Shown here one piece after another: positions 31,223 through 42,342 of a stretch of 64,000 nt of DNA. Under the pieces are notes generated by a model. That model searched no databases. It saw only the letters and a list, made by a program, of their open reading frames with translations, and was not told the DNA's origin. Within the stretch, counting starts at the first letter, position 1; every line of letters begins with the position of its first letter. A program made the position numbers and the translations under genes. Source of the stretch: Candidatus Cloacimonadales bacterium (GTDB taxonomy: Bacteria > Cloacimonadota > Cloacimonadia > Cloacimonadales > JAFGVF01); NCBI GenBank assembly GCA_963663475.2, contig CAXXJV010000001.1, positions 2,304,001 through 2,368,000 of the forward strand, written 5' to 3'.

Positions 31223-33568
31223 ATGAAAGTAAAATTTATTTTATTTATAGCCCTGCTATTTACCACTATGATTAATCTTTATTCAAGTGACTATCAAGAG
31301 TACTATTTCAAAGTCCCTTATCAAAGTAATAAGAAAATCAATGAACTTAATGAAATATGTTCAGTTGATAAATTTGACAAGCATTTCGTTTATGCTTATG
31401 CAAATCCCCAAGAATTTGCTAAAGTAATCCTAAATTTTCCTAAATACCAATTACTTACCAATCCATCTAAAGAATTTCAAGTCCCCATGGCCAAAAATGT
31501 ATCAGAGATGAGAGATTGGGATTCCTATCCTTCCTATTCAACTTATGTCACTATGATGAATCAATTTGCTATAGATTATCCCAATTTATGCAGTGTAGAA
31601 ACAATTGGGATGTCTGTTGATAACCGAGAAATAATTGTTGCCAAGATATCAGATAATGTGGCTATTGATGAAGCAGAACCAAAGTTTTTTTATTCAGGAC
31701 AGATGCATGGTGATGAAATTGTGTGTTCTATACTTTTTTTAAGATTGATTGATTACTTACTGGAAAACTATGCTAATGATCCTGAGATTTCTCAGATAAT
31801 CAATAATAGTCAGATATATATTAATCCTTTAGCTAATCCAGATGGTTTATATACTGATAATGATGAAAGCGTCTATGGTGCTACAAGATATAATGCAAAT
31901 GGTGTAGATTTAAACAGAAATTATCCTGGTGCAAATGGCAATCCAAATCCAGATGATAATCCTGTTCAGGTGGAGAATCTAGCTATGATGAATTTTGCAG
32001 AAGAACATAGATTTGTAATGTCATCAAATTCGCATAGTGGGGTTGTAGTTGTTAATTATCCTTGGGATACTTGGCCAAGACTACATCCTGATGATGATTG
32101 GTTCCAGTATGTAAGTAGATTATATGCAGATACAGTGCAAGAGAATGCTCCAGCACCATATATGACAGATTTTGAAAATGGAATCACAAATGGCTTTGCT
32201 TGGTATGTTGCCATTGGGTCTCGTCAAGACTGGTTTAATTATTATCGTAACTGCCGTGAGATAACTATAGAATTATCTTTTAATAAAACTGTACCCGCTA
32301 ATCAGTTAAATGCCCATTGGGAATATAATTATCAAGCTATGATTGAATGGCTAAAACAAGTTCAATATGGTATAAGAGGCTTTATTAGTGATGCTCAGGG
32401 AAACCCTCTTGAAGCGAAAATTGAAATCTTAAATCATGAAGAAGACAACTCCTTTGTTTTTAGCTCTCCCCTACATGGAGATTATTATAGACCAATAGCT
32501 GCAGGCACTTACTCTGTCATAGCTTCTGCACCTGGTTATGAAAGCCAGATAATTGATAACGTTAGCGTTCAATATGATTCTGCAACCCAAGTAAACTTTG
32601 TTCTAAATCCTGCTGTTTTAACCTCTGTGCAAGGAAATATTCTTGACCAAGCTTCTCAACCTATTGCTGATGCGACAGTTACTTTCACAGGTTCTTCTAA
32701 CTATAGTACTTCCACTGACACTGAAGGTTATTTCGCGATAGCAGATATTTATAGTGGACACTACACTCTTACTGTATCTGCAAGTGGTTATCAGACAAAT
32801 ATTACTGAGATTCAAATAAGTGAAAATACCCCAGCTTTAGAAATTTCTTTAGAAGAATCAACAGCTATTAGTTTTGAAAATGAACTTTCTGCAGACTGGT
32901 TTTCTTCTAGTAATAATCCTTGGACTAGAACAAATAATGAATCTTTAGATGGAGCTTATAGTTTAAGATCTGGTATCATTGGCAATGATGCTTCTTCTAA
33001 TATTCAGATTGAAACAGAAACACAAGCAGCAGTTATTTCCTTCTATTATAAAGTATCTAGTGAAGATGGTTATGATTTCTTCTCCTTCTATATAAATGAT
33101 GATTTGAGAGGATCATGGAGTGGTGAAATTGACTGGTCTTATGCTGAATTTCCAGTAAATGCAGGCAATAATACCTTCAAATGGGTATATGAAAAAGATG
33201 GTTATGTGCAAGATGGAAGTGATTGTGCTTGGATTGACCTAGTGCAATTACCTTCTGCAACAGAAAATTCAGATAATGATATCATGCCACTTGTAAATCA
33301 ACTTTCTTGCTATCCTAATCCCTTTAATCCATGCTTAAATATTCGCTACTATCAATCCCTTGATAAGCCAATTAACCGAATATCAATCTATAACCTAAAA
33401 GGTCAAAAAGTTAGAGATTTAATAAATCTTAGCAAAAAAACTGGCTACCATACTATCCAATGGAATGGCAGAAATCATAATGGTAATGATCTTTCATCAG
33501 GACTTTACTTCATATCAATTGATAATGACAATAGTAAATTCTTAAAGAAAGTAATTTTAATGAAGTAA
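31223..33568 (+). CDS. Secreted M14 zinc carboxypeptidase with carboxypeptidase-regulatory-like repeats and FlgD/T9SS-like C-terminal domain
   Basis: HGDE, NPDG, DLNRNYP, NSHSG..VNYPWD, TIELS; signal peptide; YPNPFNP..IYNLKGQKV tail. Confidence 0.92.
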   Translation: MKVKFILFIALLFTTMINLYSSDYQEYYFKVPYQSNKKINELNEICSVDKFDKHFVYAYANPQEFAKVILNFPKYQLLTNPSKEFQVPMAKNVSEMRDWDSYPSYSTYVTMMNQFAIDYPNLCSVETIGMSVDNREIIVAKISDNVAIDEAEPKFFYSGQMHGDEIVCSILFLRLIDYLLENYANDPEISQIINNSQIYINPLANPDGLYTDNDESVYGATRYNANGVDLNRNYPGANGNPNPDDNPVQVENLAMMNFAEEHRFVMSSNSHSGVVVVNYPWDTWPRLHPDDDWFQYVSRLYADTVQENAPAPYMTDFENGITNGFAWYVAIGSRQDWFNYYRNCREITIELSFNKTVPANQLNAHWEYNYQAMIEWLKQVQYGIRGFISDAQGNPLEAKIEILNHEEDNSFVFSSPLHGDYYRPIAAGTYSVIASAPGYESQIIDNVSVQYDSATQVNFVLNPAVLTSVQGNILDQASQPIADATVTFTGSSNYSTSTDTEGYFAIADIYSGHYTLTVSASGYQTNITEIQISENTPALEISLEESTAISFENELSADWFSSSNNPWTRTNNESLDGAYSLRSGIIGNDASSNIQIETETQAAVISFYYKVSSEDGYDFFSFYINDDLRGSWSGEIDWSYAEFPVNAGNNTFKWVYEKDGYVQDGSDCAWIDLVQLPSATENSDNDIMPLVNQLSCYPNPFNPCLNIRYYQSLDKPINRISIYNLKGQKVRDLINLSKKTGYHTIQWNGRNHNGNDLSSGLYFISIDNDNSKFLKKVILMK

Positions 33569-33574
33569 AATATT

Positions 33575-35728
33575 ATGACTATAAATAGTAGAGTAGAAGA
33601 AGAGATTATTAATGAAATTATTTCATTAACTCCTAACTTAAATTTAGCTATATTTAACAAAGCTATTGATGTAGCTTCAAAGGCTCATACTAAACAGAAA
33701 AGATTATCAGGGGAGAATTATATTATTCATCCCCTGAATGTTGCTTTAATTCTAGCAAAAATGAACTCAGATACTGAAACTCTCTGTGCTGCAATACTTC
33801 ATGACACATTAGAGGATACCCACCTAACAGAAGAAGATATCACAAAAGATTTCGGACCCACCATCTTTCGTTTGGTTGAAGGTGTTACTAAATTAGATAC
33901 TTTTCATTATGTAAGGAAAAAAAATAGGATAATTAAACAAGCTGAAAACTTTCGGAAATTATTACTTTTCACTATTAAGGATGTTAGAGTTCTTCTTATA
34001 AAGCTTGCTGATAGACTCCATAATATGCGCACAATTACTTTTATGGATAATGTAAGACAAATGAGAATAGCCCAGGAAACTATTGAAATTTATGCTCCTT
34101 TAGCAAACAGATTTGGACTTTCAATAATTAAGAGTGAGCTTGAAGATTTATCTTTTAAAATAATAAACCCCCAAGAATATCAAATCATCGCTAATATGAT
34201 CAAAGTGAAAAGTTTGAGTAGAGATTTATACATTAAAGATGTCATAAAAGAAACAATTACAGCCTTATCAAATCTAAATATTGAATTTGATATTCAAGGT
34301 CGTAATAAAGATTTCTATTCTATATATCAAAAACATATTCGAAAAAATATTTCCTATGATGATATCTATGACTTCATAGCAATTAGGATTATTACTACAT
34401 CCATAGAATTATGTTATAGAATTTTAGGAGTAATCCATTCACTCTTCCAACCAATAAATAACCGTTTTAAAGATTATATTTCTAAACCTAAAGAGAACAA
34501 TTACCAATCACTCCATACACTTGTAATGGGACCTGATGCCAAAAAAATAGAGTTCCAAATAAGAACTCAAGAAATGCACTTAGTTGCAGAAGAAGGAATT
34601 GCTGCTCATTGGAAATATAAAGAAAACCATTTGAATCTTGAACATAATTTTGTTAAGCAAATTGAGAAAATAAGATCTTTTATTAGCCTTTCAAATATTG
34701 AAGAAGATTTCATAGAGACTTTTAAAAGTAATTTCTTACATGATGAGATTATCGTTGTTACCCCAGCAGGCGATTATATAAAACTCCCAATTGATTCAAC
34801 AACCATAGATTTTGCTTTTGCTCTCCACACTGAGATTGGTTTAACCTGTACAGGAGCAAGAGTAAATTCTGAATTTGTACCTCTAAGAACTATCTTGCAT
34901 AACGGAGATAGTGTTTCCATTATTACATCTCCCAAAGCAAATCCAAGTTATGATTGGCTACGAGTTGTTAAAACTGCTAAAGCTAAAGCTAATATTAAGT
35001 CTTTCTTTAAGAAAAAAATGTTAGCTGATTCCATCCTTCTTGGCAAAGAGATTTTTAACAAAAGAATTAGGAAAAGTCCTTACCGAGTTAAAGAAGATTG
35101 TGATGTATTGAAATTAGCCCAGCATTTTAAATACCCAAATATTCAAGAGTTCTATGCTGGATTAGGCTCAGGAAAATTAGCTTTTTCTGATGTTTTAGAT
35201 TTTCTAAAAGAAGATGTGGAAACTAAAATTGATGAGCAAACTATAGAAAGCAATGATATTTCTCTTGAAAAGACTATGCAAGATACTATCTATTTGGATG
35301 ATATAAATAATTTGATGGTAAATTTTGCTAAATGCTGCAATCCACATTATGGAGATGAAATTCTAGGCTATGTAACTAGAGGTAGAGGTATAACAATTCA
35401 TAAAGCTGATTGTCATAATAAGAACTTTCTAAAAATTAAAAAAACAGAAGCAGATCGAGTTTTCAAAATTTCCTGGGATAAAGAGAAGATCTTTAGGAAG
35501 CCTAAAACTATAGAAATTTCAGGTTATAACAACAAAATAATTTTCTATGAAATTGTCGAAACTATAAGTAATTTTAATATTGATATTTTAGAAAATAGTT
35601 TTAATGCCCGAGGAGATAGATTCACTTACTATGTAAAATTTGATAGTAAGCATTTTAAAAACTTAACTATTCTACTGCAAAGTCTTAAGAGAATTGTTGG
35701 GGTAAATAAGGTAAAATATTTTGATTAG
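33575..35728 (+). CDS. rel: Bifunctional (p)ppGpp synthetase/hydrolase (RelA/SpoT family)
   Basis: ILHDTLED hydrolase motif, LADRLHNMRT, RFKDY, YQSLHT, EFQIRT, TGS (DFAFALHT), CCNP. Confidence 0.93.
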   Translation: MTINSRVEEEIINEIISLTPNLNLAIFNKAIDVASKAHTKQKRLSGENYIIHPLNVALILAKMNSDTETLCAAILHDTLEDTHLTEEDITKDFGPTIFRLVEGVTKLDTFHYVRKKNRIIKQAENFRKLLLFTIKDVRVLLIKLADRLHNMRTITFMDNVRQMRIAQETIEIYAPLANRFGLSIIKSELEDLSFKIINPQEYQIIANMIKVKSLSRDLYIKDVIKETITALSNLNIEFDIQGRNKDFYSIYQKHIRKNISYDDIYDFIAIRIITTSIELCYRILGVIHSLFQPINNRFKDYISKPKENNYQSLHTLVMGPDAKKIEFQIRTQEMHLVAEEGIAAHWKYKENHLNLEHNFVKQIEKIRSFISLSNIEEDFIETFKSNFLHDEIIVVTPAGDYIKLPIDSTTIDFAFALHTEIGLTCTGARVNSEFVPLRTILHNGDSVSIITSPKANPSYDWLRVVKTAKAKANIKSFFKKKMLADSILLGKEIFNKRIRKSPYRVKEDCDVLKLAQHFKYPNIQEFYAGLGSGKLAFSDVLDFLKEDVETKIDEQTIESNDISLEKTMQDTIYLDDINNLMVNFAKCCNPHYGDEILGYVTRGRGITIHKADCHNKNFLKIKKTEADRVFKISWDKEKIFRKPKTIEISGYNNKIIFYEIVETISNFNIDILENSFNARGDRFTYYVKFDSKHFKNLTILLQSLKRIVGVNKVKYFD

Positions 35729-35775
35729 ATTATTATCCTATATAATATTTATTTGATTTAGCTATTATATACTAG

Positions 35776-36153
35776 TTAACGATGGGGATTTTTAGTCTGA
35801 CTTCTAAATACTATAATCCCCCCAATAATGGCTATAACGATTATAGAAGCGATAGTAACAGCTACTAAGGGATGAATAACTCCTTGATTGAAAACAGGTA
35901 CATTCCAAGATCTATCAACTGACTTTTTTTGCCATTTACTCTTATCTACTGGTCCAGGATCTGAACCTGGCTCAGATGTATATCCACCTTGATAAGTCAC
36001 ATACTGAACACCACGAGATTCAAATGTTTTTTCAAAAAAATACTCAACAATAAAATAAATAGTAAAAACCCCAATTACAGCAGTTATCCCATAAATAGTC
36101 CAACTAAGTATTTTTTTATAATAAAACCAATTATTATCTTCTCTAATCATCAT
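35776..36153 (-). CDS. Hypothetical membrane protein with two predicted TM helices
   Basis: Two hydrophobic stretches; start overlaps the upstream gene's 3' end. Confidence 0.65.
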   Translation of the reverse strand: MMIREDNNWFYYKKILSWTIYGITAVIGVFTIYFIVEYFFEKTFESRGVQYVTYQGGYTSEPGSDPGPVDKSKWQKKSVDRSWNVPVFNQGVIHPLVAVTIASIIVIAIIGGIIVFRSQTKNPHR

Positions 36154-36922
36154 CTCTCCAGTATTTTGAAATGTCTCTTATTATTAGATTTATCATCCTG
36201 ATATAATCCTTACCAATTCCAGAATAATTTACCAAGCCAGAACTTAATATTGAACCATCGATGATTTTATCTTCATCTCTTAAATCAGCTCTTAGAGCTC
36301 TAAAATGACCATAAGCTCTGTTGGTGTTTAAGTTTAGCATGTACTTCTTTACTGAGTCATTTACAGAATTGAATATTGCTATCTCATGAGTCTGACCTTC
36401 ATCCCGCTTAGAAGGAACAATACCAGAACCAATTTTATAGGTCCAATGCCCAAACATATTGTTAGCTTTCTTAGCAAAGACTGAAGTTCCCCATCCTGAC
36501 TCTATAGCAGTTTGCGAGATAGCTAACTCAAGAGGAATAATATCTACTCTGCGTAAGATTTCTTGCCAGTCTATTGAATCAGAACTTTGCGATATATCAA
36601 TCTTATAAACTTTTTCTATATTATTAATATAATTAAGCTGGTCTTGTGTCAAACTATTTTTTTTGCTGAGCTCAATTATCTCTTGCCTATTAGCCAAAAT
36701 TTCCTGGTTCTCAGATTGAATTATCAATGACATAAAGTCACAAAACATTTTTTTTCGTAGACTTATGTCTTTAATCCTAGAAAAGTCATATACTTTTTTA
36801 GCCTGATAACGGTCATTTATATAGTCATAACTAATATAATCTTTATAGACCATTATACTTGCTAATTGGCTAACTGATAAAAATAAAAATAAAAAGATTA
36901 GTTTAAAAATAAACCTTTGCAT
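36143..36922 (-). CDS. Glucosaminidase (GH73/Bax-like) domain protein
   Basis: QTAIESGWGTS, NNMFG, YMLNLNTNRAY, YS motifs; ATG at 36922 precedes a signal/anchor helix. Confidence 0.88.
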   Translation of the reverse strand: MQRFIFKLIFLFLFLSVSQLASIMVYKDYISYDYINDRYQAKKVYDFSRIKDISLRKKMFCDFMSLIIQSENQEILANRQEIIELSKKNSLTQDQLNYINNIEKVYKIDISQSSDSIDWQEILRRVDIIPLELAISQTAIESGWGTSVFAKKANNMFGHWTYKIGSGIVPSKRDEGQTHEIAIFNSVNDSVKKYMLNLNTNRAYGHFRALRADLRDEDKIIDGSILSSGLVNYSGIGKDYIRMINLIIRDISKYWRDDD

Positions 36923-37400
36923 AATGTTTCTGAATAATTTTAATATTCTGTTTGTTAGGAATTTCAATTTCTTTGACTAGTTTCCAATTCTTTAAATCTA
37001 TCTTAGGGAAATATGTGTCTCCATCAACTTCAATATCAATTTCACTAATTATTAACTTACCAGCTAGAGGTAAATATAAATCAAAAATAGATTTTCCACC
37101 AATAACATAGAAAGTTTCATTAGCTTTTTCAAGTAAATGAAACATCATTTCACCGAAACCCTTAACTATAGTAGCATCAGGAATTTCAATATCATTTTTA
37201 CGTGTCATAATATAATTCTTTCTGTTAGGAAGCAACTTACCTATTGATTCATAAGTATTCATTCCCATAATAACATTGTTATCAGAGGTAATTTTCTTGA
37301 AACTTGCTAGCTCTTCTGGAATATTCCAAGGCATCTGATTATTTAAACCAATCACACCATTTTTAGAAACAGCAGCAATAATTATTACATTACTTTTCAC
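36903..37400 (-). CDS. folA: Dihydrofolate reductase
   Basis: IAAVSKNGVIG, MPW, VIMG..TYESIG..LPNR, VIGG, GDTYFP; probable GTG start at 37400. Confidence 0.93.
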   Translation of the reverse strand: MKSNVIIIAAVSKNGVIGLNNQMPWNIPEELASFKKITSDNNVIMGMNTYESIGKLLPNRKNYIMTRKNDIEIPDATIVKGFGEMMFHLLEKANETFYVIGGKSIFDLYLPLAGKLIISEIDIEVDGDTYFPKIDLKNWKLVKEIEIPNKQNIKIIQKHYAKVYF

Positions 37401-37962
37401 TATTCTTACCTTTGTTGAGATTATCTTTAGGGTTAGCACTCACGATTATCGTAGACATGAAATCGTCGTACTTGGCATTGCTTGCCATTTCACCTATACT
37501 GTTAAGAATTTCCATCATATTCTTGAATACTAACATCAAGTTATATTGTCGTTTTTTGTTTTTGTTATCAATATAATCAATAATTACATAACGTTTCTTA
37601 CTTTTACTCATACTAATTTTTGTAATACCATCAAAAGGAATCACTCTTTTTATACCTATTAAAGATTTGGCAATTAAAAATTCTTTAGTAAAAGTTAAAG
37701 TATGTATATTTAGCAAATTCTGTAATATGGTATTCAATCCAGCAAAGAAAATAATGATAGGAATAAGTTTGGCTACCATAGTTGCATCAGGCGAAATTGC
37801 AACTTTAGTAAGAAGATAATAAACAGCATAGATACAAACAAGTACTGCAAATGAGAGAATTATAAGTCTAGTTAATAAACTAAATCTGTAACTTCTAGGC
37901 AATCCCTTCTTCTGATTAATATTTATCAGTTCTGCAGGATCAATTAAATTATCTTTTGGCAT
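37390..37962 (-). CDS. Hypothetical membrane protein
   Basis: Two TM segments followed by a soluble domain; overlaps both neighbours. Confidence 0.7.
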   Translation of the reverse strand: MPKDNLIDPAELININQKKGLPRSYRFSLLTRLIILSFAVLVCIYAVYYLLTKVAISPDATMVAKLIPIIIFFAGLNTILQNLLNIHTLTFTKEFLIAKSLIGIKRVIPFDGITKISMSKSKKRYVIIDYIDNKNKKRQYNLMLVFKNMMEILNSIGEMASNAKYDDFMSTIIVSANPKDNLNKGKNSEK

Positions 37963-38794
37963 CTTCCACCTCTATTTTGTTTTTTAATAATCTATTTATG
38001 TTTTCAAATATTTTTATGTTTCCCTGATATGAACCTAAATCTTCTCTCCTCCCATAACCATGAAAATCACTTCCACCTGTGGAAATAAGATTCATATCAC
38101 GACATAGGCCTTCTAATCTTTTAATTTGCGATGGAGAATGATCATAGTAATAGGTTTCAATTCCATCAATTCCAGCTTTTTTAAAAAAATGAATATCTTC
38201 AATATTAATAGACTTATATGGATGAGCTAAAACAGCGAAACCCTTTGCTTTATGGATAGTATCGATAATTTCTTGAGGAGCTATTTCTATTTTAGGAACA
38301 TAGGCAAAACCTGAATCACCTATATATCTATCAAAAGCCTGTTGTTGATGTTTCACTATTCCTCGTTTTACTAAAGCCTGAGCTATATGTGGTCGGCCTA
38401 TAATATTCTCATTTCCAACTAAGTCTTTTACTTCAGAAAACTCTATATCTACGCCCTTATCACTTAATAGACCAAGAATCTTTTTAGCTCTTTCAATTCT
38501 GGAATTCTTTATGATATTGAGTAATTTAAGTAATTCTGGGTTGGTATAATCAATATCATAGGCTAAAATATGTACTTCTCTACCTGCATATCTACTTGAT
38601 ATTTCAGTTCCACGAATTACTCTCATTTCTTTATAATAATCACTTTCAAAATTATTAAAAGCATCTACAGTATCATGGTCTGTTATAGCTATTGCCCTAA
38701 AGCCTTTTAGATAATAACCTTCTAATACTTCTTCAAGAGTAAAAGTACCATCAGAAGCCCTTGTGTGTATATGAAGATCTATGTAATTATTCAT
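37949..38794 (-). CDS. PHP-domain phosphoesterase
   Basis: DLHIHT..SDG, ITDHDT, GRPHIA, LAHP, GGSDFHG. Confidence 0.92.
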   Translation of the reverse strand: MNNYIDLHIHTRASDGTFTLEEVLEGYYLKGFRAIAITDHDTVDAFNNFESDYYKEMRVIRGTEISSRYAGREVHILAYDIDYTNPELLKLLNIIKNSRIERAKKILGLLSDKGVDIEFSEVKDLVGNENIIGRPHIAQALVKRGIVKHQQQAFDRYIGDSGFAYVPKIEIAPQEIIDTIHKAKGFAVLAHPYKSINIEDIHFFKKAGIDGIETYYYDHSPSQIKRLEGLCRDMNLISTGGSDFHGYGRREDLGSYQGNIKIFENINRLLKNKIEVEDAKR

Positions 38795-39422
38795 AGCTTA
38801 TTTTCTTCCTTTCAACAAGAATATGCTTTAGGCGTGAAATTATCATGTCTATTGCTATCTTATTATGTCCACCTTCAGGAACAATAACATCAGCATAACG
38901 CTTTGTTGGTTCGACAAATCTTATGTGCATAGGACGAACCATAGTACGGTATCTATGCATGATAGATTCTAAACTTCTACCCCTCTCTGCCATATCTCTT
39001 TCTATACGACGTAAAATTCTTATATCTGAATCAGTATCTACGTAGATTTTAATATCAAGAAGTTTTCTTATTTCTTCATTCTCAAAGATTAATATACCTT
39101 CTATCACAATAATTGTGTTGGGGTAAACTTTACAAGTTTCTTCAGCTCGGGAATGAGTTTTAAAATCATAAATTGGTTGATTTACTGGAACTGAATCTTT
39201 AAGAGCTCTTATATGATTTATTAGCAGTTCAGTATCGATAGCACTAGGATGATCATAATTAATAGCATTTCTCTGCTCATAATTTAAATCTGTAAAATTT
39301 TTGTAATATGCATCTTGAGGGATGACTGTTATATGATCAGAGATAGACTCTTGAATTGCCTTAGTAACACATGTTTTACCTGAGCCAGTTCCACCAGCTA
39401 TTCCTATAATGACAGGATTCAT
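38787..39422 (-). CDS. udk: Uridine kinase
   Basis: GIAGGTGSGKT, QDAYYK, NYDHP, IEGIL, VRPMH..FVEPTK; ATG at 39422 after AAGGAG. Confidence 0.95.
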   Translation of the reverse strand: MNPVIIGIAGGTGSGKTCVTKAIQESISDHITVIPQDAYYKNFTDLNYEQRNAINYDHPSAIDTELLINHIRALKDSVPVNQPIYDFKTHSRAEETCKVYPNTIIVIEGILIFENEEIRKLLDIKIYVDTDSDIRILRRIERDMAERGRSLESIMHRYRTMVRPMHIRFVEPTKRYADVIVPEGGHNKIAIDMIISRLKHILVERKKISYE

Positions 39423-39430
39423 AATTCTCC

Positions 39431-40540
39431 TTAAATTTTCCATTTATATTTCATAATTACACCTCTTAAAGAGAAAATTATGAAGATTAAAACATATACT
39501 AGTGTAAATAAAAAATAGTATATGATATATTTTTTTTTATTAATTTTTATACAAAAATAGGTCATCATGAAAAGTTCAAAACCTATTCTTAAAGCCAATA
39601 ATATACAAAACATAGGCAATGAATCCATATTAAATGGGAGTAATATTGCCATAACAATAAAATATATATAATAAAAGAACACTAAGAGGCTAAAAAGTTT
39701 TAAAGCCCATGGGAAATACTTAAATTTGGAAGCTCTCCTAGTGTCAAGATTTACATGTGATGAAAAACTTTCTTTCTCCATGGTAATTACTGATGCTTGA
39801 GGTGTAAAGAGATACTTTTTCTTTCTTAGATGAATCCAAAGATTAAATAACTGTAAATCATCATCACCAGATTTAATATTTTTGTACCTACCAAAACCTT
39901 TAGCTTTTAGATAAGAACTTTTTCGGTAAGACATGTTGGAAGCAGAAGCTGTCATTGGAGTTCCATTCCCTAAGCCACTAGCAGCAATAACTCGATATAA
40001 TATAGCTTCAAAAGTCTTAATTCTATTAAAAAGGGTCTTCTTATTAAACTTAACATGGGTATAGGCTAAAATATAATCAGTTTCATCATCATAAGCCTTT
40101 GCAAAGGTCTCGATCCACTTAGGATTAGCTATACAGTCTGAATCTGTAAAAAGGAGAATATCATGACTAGCATGGTCAATTCCTTTAGCAATAGCATATT
40201 TCTTGCCATTTCGTCTTCCTTTTTCAGGTAATTCAAAAAGTTTCATATCTAGCTTTGAACTTTCCATATAGCCACATATCAAGCGATTAGTGTTATCATA
40301 ACTTCTATCATCTACTATTATTACCTCAAAGTATTCCTTAGGATATGTTTGGTCTTCTAAGGACTGTAATAAGCTAAGTACATTATTTTCTTCATTTCTT
40401 GCTGCAATAATAACAGAAATATGCTTTTTTTTATTATTGTCTATAGTACTTTTCCGAGAAATTCTTAAGAGACCGAGTATTAAATACGAGATTAATAATA
40501 TATAGATTATTGAAAATATTAAAAAACTTATTCCTAGCAT
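39431..40540 (-). CDS. Family 2 glycosyltransferase, membrane-bound
   Basis: VIIAARNEE, VDDRS, GKK.A, TDSD, SGDDD; N- and C-terminal TM helices. Confidence 0.9.
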   Translation of the reverse strand: MLGISFLIFSIIYILLISYLILGLLRISRKSTIDNNKKKHISVIIAARNEENNVLSLLQSLEDQTYPKEYFEVIIVDDRSYDNTNRLICGYMESSKLDMKLFELPEKGRRNGKKYAIAKGIDHASHDILLFTDSDCIANPKWIETFAKAYDDETDYILAYTHVKFNKKTLFNRIKTFEAILYRVIAASGLGNGTPMTASASNMSYRKSSYLKAKGFGRYKNIKSGDDDLQLFNLWIHLRKKKYLFTPQASVITMEKESFSSHVNLDTRRASKFKYFPWALKLFSLLVFFYYIYFIVMAILLPFNMDSLPMFCILLALRIGFELFMMTYFCIKINKKKYIIYYFLFTLVYVLIFIIFSLRGVIMKYKWKI

Positions 40541-42334
40541 CTAAAAATCTTTCTTCTTAACAATTCGATTAATTATCTTTGAATTTGTATCTTTGATTAG
40601 TTTGGCTAACTCTGGAATATCTTTTTGGATAGCCTCCATTGTTAACTCTTTTTCCTCTTTCTCTTCCTTATCAGTATAATCAACCTCAAACATCAAATCT
40701 CTTCCAAAGAAATCAATTAAATATTTACTTAACTTTTCTTTATTTTTGGCTAATATATCAGCAGTCATTTTCTTTTCTGTATTCACTCTGATAACTCTTG
40801 AAGTAACACTAGTAATTGTTACATAATTAAGCATACTCGCAAGCATTGAATCTTTTTTAGCAATAACTTTGATGAACTTATCCCAATGTTTGTTAATAAA
40901 ATCTATATCAAAAACAAGAGCTTCTTCACCTAAGGGTTTAACACTTGGAGCTTGCTTGGGTTTTATAGTTTTTTTCTCAACTTGAGAATTTTTATTATTA
41001 AATTCTTCTTCGAATCTCTGTTTTAAATTATTAGTGTTTGAGGTATTTTCTACTTTAGGTGAATCTTTTACTGCTTGTTCTTGTTTTGAGATAGTTTGCT
41101 TTTCTAGAACTGGTCTAGGATTAGGGCTGGAAGTAGACGCAGGTGTTTTATTGCCTATATTGTCAGGAATAGATTCTGAGATTTTCTGATTTAGATTATC
41201 AGCTTTAACTATTATGGGTTGGATTGGATTATTAACAGATTCTATATCAACAAGATCTTTAATTTTAGAAAGTTTAATCAAAACTATTTCAAATAGAATA
41301 GCTGGATTATCACCAGTTTTCATATCAACTTTTGTTTTCATTAATATTGATAAGATATACAATAAATCTTGATCATCAAATTTAGTTACTAGGCTTTTAA
41401 TGCCTGCTAGTTGTGCTTTTGAAATCTCCCCTGTATCAACATCATAATAAGCAAGTAAACATAGTCGTAAATAATCTAGAAATCCATTTACTATCTCAAT
41501 AATATCATTGCCCATTTCAATTATAGAATGGAGGTTCCTGATAACTTGAGCTGAATTACCAGAGTTTATTGCCAATAATATTTTCTCATAGATTTCAAAA
41601 GGTAGAATACCAAAAACATCTCGTACTATTAATTCACTAATAACCTCATTTCCCGTAGAGATAACTTGGTCCATTAATGATAAAGCATCTCTCATGCCAC
41701 CATCAGCTTTTTTAGCAATTTGAAACAAAGCTTCTTCTTCATACTTTAAGTTCTCTTGTCCACAAATATTCTTTAAATTTTTGACTATCAGTTCAATTGG
41801 TATTCTTTTAAAATCAAATCTCTGACATCTAGAAATAATTGTCGGTATAACCTTATGAGGTTCTGTGGTAGCAAAAATGAAAATTACATTATCAGGTGGT
41901 TCTTCAAGTGTTTTAAGCAAAGCATTAAATGCATTCTTAGATAACATATGAACTTCATCAATAATATATATTTTATATTGTGCTGAGTTTGTAGTATATA
42001 AGAGATCCCTTTGTAGATCTCTTATATCATCAACACCAGTATTAGAAGCACCATCTATTTCGACCACATCAGTTGAAGTACCATTAGTTATTTCTTGGCA
42101 GATAGAACAAGAATTACATGGGTGACCTTTTTCACCTTCTTGACAATTCAAAGATTTTGCTAATATTCTAGCCATCGAAGTTTTACCAACACCTCTGGGA
42201 CCTGTGAACAGGTAAGCATGGGCTATTCTACCTTGTTCTAAAGCATTTATAAGTATTTTTGTAACATGATCTTGAGCGTAAACATCGGCAAATGTTTGGG
42301 GTCTATATTTTCTAGCTAACACTATGTATGACAT
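40541..42334 (-). CDS. dnaX: DNA polymerase III subunit gamma/tau
   Basis: LARKYRP, GPRGVGKTS, zinc Cys motif, IIDEVHML, SRCQRF. Confidence 0.96.
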   Translation of the reverse strand: MSYIVLARKYRPQTFADVYAQDHVTKILINALEQGRIAHAYLFTGPRGVGKTSMARILAKSLNCQEGEKGHPCNSCSICQEITNGTSTDVVEIDGASNTGVDDIRDLQRDLLYTTNSAQYKIYIIDEVHMLSKNAFNALLKTLEEPPDNVIFIFATTEPHKVIPTIISRCQRFDFKRIPIELIVKNLKNICGQENLKYEEEALFQIAKKADGGMRDALSLMDQVISTGNEVISELIVRDVFGILPFEIYEKILLAINSGNSAQVIRNLHSIIEMGNDIIEIVNGFLDYLRLCLLAYYDVDTGEISKAQLAGIKSLVTKFDDQDLLYILSILMKTKVDMKTGDNPAILFEIVLIKLSKIKDLVDIESVNNPIQPIIVKADNLNQKISESIPDNIGNKTPASTSSPNPRPVLEKQTISKQEQAVKDSPKVENTSNTNNLKQRFEEEFNNKNSQVEKKTIKPKQAPSVKPLGEEALVFDIDFINKHWDKFIKVIAKKDSMLASMLNYVTITSVTSRVIRVNTEKKMTADILAKNKEKLSKYLIDFFGRDLMFEVDYTDKEEKEEKELTMEAIQKDIPELAKLIKDTNSKIINRIVKKKDF

Positions 42335-42342
42335 CTAAAACC

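Noticed and set aside
40960-40985. dnaX programmed frameshift at a 7-A run
   Set aside because: Not the in-frame A-AAA-AAG heptamer, no clear stimulatory hairpin, and A-runs are common in this genome
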